This document shows, one piece after another, positions 26,440 through 29,429 of a DNA stretch of 29,429 nt; the first letter of the stretch is position 1, and each line of letters begins with the position of its first letter. A program made the translations under genes and the position numbers. The DNA is from a virus (Duplodnaviria; Heunggongvirae; Uroviricota; Caudoviricetes): the IMG/VR virus record IMGVR_UViG_2698536379_000013. The stretch is one strand, 5' to 3'. The notes beneath the pieces were generated by a model. That model did no database searches, was not told where the DNA came from, and saw only the letters and a list, made by a program, of their open reading frames with translations.

Positions 26440-26856
26440 ATGGAAACCCTATTCAAAGTTTTTGAAAAATTTAGTTCCAGACCACTTTTTTTTATTTTTT
26501 TCGGACTCTCACTTTGTGAATTTTTTCAGAAACAATCTGTTCTGATGAATCCATCAGCAGATAACATCGCGAAATTATTCGCAGCCATGATATTAGTTGT
26601 TTTTTTTACTTGGGGATTTGAATGGCTAATCTTTAAATTCAATGTAAACCTTGAACCTCATGATCAAGGCGATATTGGACCAACAATTGGAACGGCTGCT
26701 TTAGCTGTATACTTAGTTTATGCCTTTCATTTTCTCAGTGAAAATCCTGAAGCATTAAATTTAAAGTTATTAACTAACTCTGGTTTTATATACAGCACAA
26801 CTCTATTATTATTCTCATTAGAAAGTATGAAGCTTAGAAGACTTAAACAAAAGTAA
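26440..26856 (+). CDS. Hypothetical small multi-pass membrane protein
   Basis: 138 aa with several hydrophobic segments (LFFIFFGLSL, AAMILVVFFTWGF, ALAVYLVYAF, LLLFSL); AT-rich; convergent with the 603-aa ORF. Confidence 0.45.
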   Translation: METLFKVFEKFSSRPLFFIFFGLSLCEFFQKQSVLMNPSADNIAKLFAAMILVVFFTWGFEWLIFKFNVNLEPHDQGDIGPTIGTAALAVYLVYAFHFLSENPEALNLKLLTNSGFIYSTTLLLFSLESMKLRRLKQK

Positions 26857-28654
26857 ACAACATCATTGCGAGATAAATACAAAAGAGGTATGGCGGTAAA
26901 TCACCATACCTAAAACATAATAATTTTGGTAGTATCGGTGATACATAATCCACACAAATATTGGAGCGATACTGAGACGCTATAACCTGATATCTTTCTC
27001 CATAACCAATTCTAAGTTCAGATTTAAGATGCGTTTTTTTCTTTCCCTTTTTCTTTTGGGGTTTATCGTGATGTGAATAATATATCTTTGGTTTCAGATT
27101 AAATCCTTCAACAACTTCCTTCCAAGTTTGAACCGCTAATAAAAATTGAATAGAATTGATGTCAATTAATTTTTTAGCTTTTGTAGTAGTTGAGATCCAT
27201 AAAACCACATCAGTAATTGTCTCTTCAAATTTTACTACTCCTCTTACTATAGTTTGAATTGTGGTTTTTGACTGTTCAATATTATAAATTAGATCATGCG
27301 GTTTATCTGATATCTTTACAGCAATAATCTCTCCATTTTTATAAAGATCTGCAACTTCAACATTGTAGTCCTTGCCATTATCACGTAAGGATGGTATTTT
27401 TTTTAGCTGGCGATCTAGAAGTATATAACCTTTCTCATCAGACATCTTTTCATTAAAATAATATTCTCTATATTCTAATTTGTCTTTAGAAGTTCCTTCT
27501 GCGATTTGTTTTATTTTTTCAGCTTGCCATACTTTGAAGTCGTCTTCCTTAAGAGCATCTTTAACCTCAAATTTTATACTGGCTAAAGAAGTAGACAAAT
27601 ACTTCATAAAAGCAGAGTTAAATCGACTCCATCCTCCCCTCTTAAGGAAGAAGTGCTCGCTGCCCTCGCTATAAGTAATGCTCAATATTTCTTTTAACGA
27701 GGCTGTATGACCACTGTTATTTTCATTAGTTATCTTAACAAAAACTTTATTGACATCTTTTATGTTGTTATTTTTTATGAATTTCTTTACATCTGCTATT
27801 TTTATGTCATTAATTTTATCTGATGATTGAAGATACTTTCCACTCCCCTCAACTTTTGTGTGCAATTTAAAAAATGTCAAAGAATTATTAATTACAATAG
27901 AGGCACCAAAAGATTGAATCTCATCAATAATAACTTTTGCATCATCTGTAATGATCGATTGAAGTAGACAATTATCAAGCTCATCTATCTTTGACTCGTC
28001 AGTGATTTTTTCCGATTTAGGAAATTCGATTTTCTCTTTGGTTGCCAACGAAGAATCAATATCATTGAAAACATCGACTAATGCAGTAGGAGCACCATCC
28101 AAACTTAGCTGAATTGAATCAGAAAAAGTTATATTATTACATCCCCACTTGTCAGTTTCTTTGGCTTTTGTTTTGAGATGCTCGATGGATTCGCCAGGAA
28201 AATATGCTCCTTGAACAAACTGTGAGTATGAGGATGCCTCCTGACTCTTTCCCCCACAAAAGAATCTGCTTTTCTTGAGTAAAATATTTTCATCATTAGC
28301 TATACGCATTGCCACATTCAGCCCAAAGTCTGCTTCAATAAACTTGCTGAGATAAAAATGTGATTTACCAAGACTGATAAGATAGCAATTCTCAGGGTCC
28401 TTTTCTTTAAATCCTATTAGCAGGCCAAAATAGAATATATTATGAGGCTTTTCAATTTCTTCATTGAAGAAATCACTAAAAACATCCCACCACCATACTT
28501 CATTTCCTTTTAATTTATCAGAAAAATAAAATTTGAGTTGATAAGATTGATGTAGAATAGTTTTTTGTTCGACAAGCCCTTCTTTAATGATTTTTTTTGT
28601 CAATTCTGGAAGACTCTTATATGGCATTCTATATATGTTATAGCTGACTGACAT
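26843..28654 (-). CDS. Large hypothetical protein (603 aa), no recognisable catalytic motif
   Basis: Long ATG-initiated ORF with AGAGG SD-like sequence upstream; AT-rich, Lys/Asn/Ile-rich; no Walker A, no CxxxCxxC; the last ~50 codons look like hydrophobic read-through. Confidence 0.65.
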   Translation of the reverse strand: MSVSYNIYRMPYKSLPELTKKIIKEGLVEQKTILHQSYQLKFYFSDKLKGNEVWWWDVFSDFFNEEIEKPHNIFYFGLLIGFKEKDPENCYLISLGKSHFYLSKFIEADFGLNVAMRIANDENILLKKSRFFCGGKSQEASSYSQFVQGAYFPGESIEHLKTKAKETDKWGCNNITFSDSIQLSLDGAPTALVDVFNDIDSSLATKEKIEFPKSEKITDESKIDELDNCLLQSIITDDAKVIIDEIQSFGASIVINNSLTFFKLHTKVEGSGKYLQSSDKINDIKIADVKKFIKNNNIKDVNKVFVKITNENNSGHTASLKEILSITYSEGSEHFFLKRGGWSRFNSAFMKYLSTSLASIKFEVKDALKEDDFKVWQAEKIKQIAEGTSKDKLEYREYYFNEKMSDEKGYILLDRQLKKIPSLRDNGKDYNVEVADLYKNGEIIAVKISDKPHDLIYNIEQSKTTIQTIVRGVVKFEETITDVVLWISTTTKAKKLIDINSIQFLLAVQTWKEVVEGFNLKPKIYYSHHDKPQKKKGKKKTHLKSELRIGYGERYQVIASQYRSNICVDYVSPILPKLLCFRYGDLPPYLFCIYLAMMLFTFV

Positions 28655-28722
28655 TTAATCGCCTCTGAAATATATATTCATACAAGTTAATGTTAAAGTG
28701 AAAAATTTTTAATATACTTAAT

Positions 28723-29400
28723 TTATCGAGCTAAAATACTTAATGAATTTAACAACTGTATATCCAAGGTTTCACTTGAGGGCACTGGTAGTCCGTTCGC
28801 AATGCGATAATTTTTTATTGACTGCCTTGTGGAAGGCCCCATTATGCCGTCAATATTCCCGTTGTAATAATCTTTGTCCAGCAAAGCGAATTGAACCCGC
28901 ATGATTAAGCGCTTACGCTTCTCTGTACCAGAAGTCAGCCCATTACTTGCACGGTTAGCTTCTGTAGTTCCAACAGAATTCGTAGTAGTAGAGTTGTTAT
29001 TGTCGTTAGAACGAAGCGAACGCACAGAGGAAGAGGACGATGAGGGACTTGTTCCTGAACTTGAAGACCCAGATGAACTTGGTGAGCTGTATGTTTTTGG
29101 ATAATAGGGAGTGCTGCCACCATAGTACCCGCCACCTGATGATGAACGGTGAGAACTATGGCTCCGATGGGAGCTATGACTGCGATGCCCTGCAATGTAG
29201 AATGGAACTTCGGTGTTAAGTGGGGCTATCACTAAATCATGTTCATTAAGAGTCATACCAGGCAAATCACTTGCCCATACAGAATTATTGAGTGCCAAAA
29301 ACCCCGGAAGTAGAGCAGCAAAATGAACCGCCCCGGTTTTCCTGGAGAGTGTTTTATCTGTGAACTCAGGCTGCCAGATCATCGTTTCTGATGGAAGCAT
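28723..29400 (-). CDS. Secreted His-Xaa-Ser repeat protein with C-terminal peptidoglycan-binding-like domain (possibly HxsA-like)
   Basis: Signal-peptide-like segment AVHFAALLPGFLALNNSVWA; five tandem His-Xaa-Ser triplets HRSHSSHRSHSSHRS (nt 29143-29187); Ser-rich linker; C-terminal DGIMGPSTRQSIKNYRIANGLPV resembles PG_binding_1. True start may lie upstream of the window. Confidence 0.65.
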   Translation of the reverse strand: MLPSETMIWQPEFTDKTLSRKTGAVHFAALLPGFLALNNSVWASDLPGMTLNEHDLVIAPLNTEVPFYIAGHRSHSSHRSHSSHRSSSGGGYYGGSTPYYPKTYSSPSSSGSSSSGTSPSSSSSSVRSLRSNDNNNSTTTNSVGTTEANRASNGLTSGTEKRKRLIMRVQFALLDKDYYNGNIDGIMGPSTRQSIKNYRIANGLPVPSSETLDIQLLNSLSILAR

Positions 29401-29429
29401 AATAAGCTTTTTCTGCTTCTGCCGGAGGG

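Larger units (their letters stand above)
25007..29429. mobile_element. Second integrative island (IntA-type integrase plus AT-rich cargo), partial; continues beyond the window
   Basis: An IntA-like integrase directly downstream of the ssrA 3-prime end, followed by AT-rich genes of unknown function. Confidence 0.6.

Noticed and set aside
1-29429. CRISPR arrays or tRNA genes
   Set aside because: No short regularly spaced direct repeats seen; the only tRNA-like sequence is the ssrA acceptor/T-arm fragment.

Overview
The window is mostly a P2/186-family (Fels-2-like) temperate prophage, followed by the start of a second integrase-bearing island, both sitting at an ssrA (tmRNA) 3-prime attachment core. 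All assignments are from reading the sequence and from recalled family knowledge; no searches were run. Prophage order on the window (minus strand unless noted): tandem tail-fibre genes H (with a perfect 1016-bp direct repeat), baseplate I-J-W-V, an AT-rich opposite-strand insert between V and S, tail completion S and R, lysis cassette (LysB/LysC spanins, SAR-type endolysin, small holin), X, L, terminase M, capsid N, scaffold O, then divergent terminase P and portal Q (plus strand), a zinc-ribbon cargo gene between Q and a cos-like site, a LexA-box-controlled Tum/DinI-like SOS operon with two extra genes, replication protein A, Dam methylase, small early genes, 186-type CII and Apl, then CI repressor and integrase (plus strand), and an AT-rich cargo gene between int and the att core. 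Past the ssrA fragment and a terminator lies an IntA-like integrase with AT-rich cargo: a small membrane protein, a 603-aa protein with no recognisable motif, and a secreted His-Xaa-Ser-repeat protein with a peptidoglycan-binding-like C-terminus. The best candidates for undescribed accessory or defence functions are the five cargo loci (V/S insert, Q/cos zinc-ribbon gene, SOS-operon cargo, int/att gene, IntA-island genes); none could be assigned to a known system from sequence alone. The ORF track uses GTG/TTG as starts, so several gene starts were re-set to internal ATG/GTG codons with Shine-Dalgarno support.
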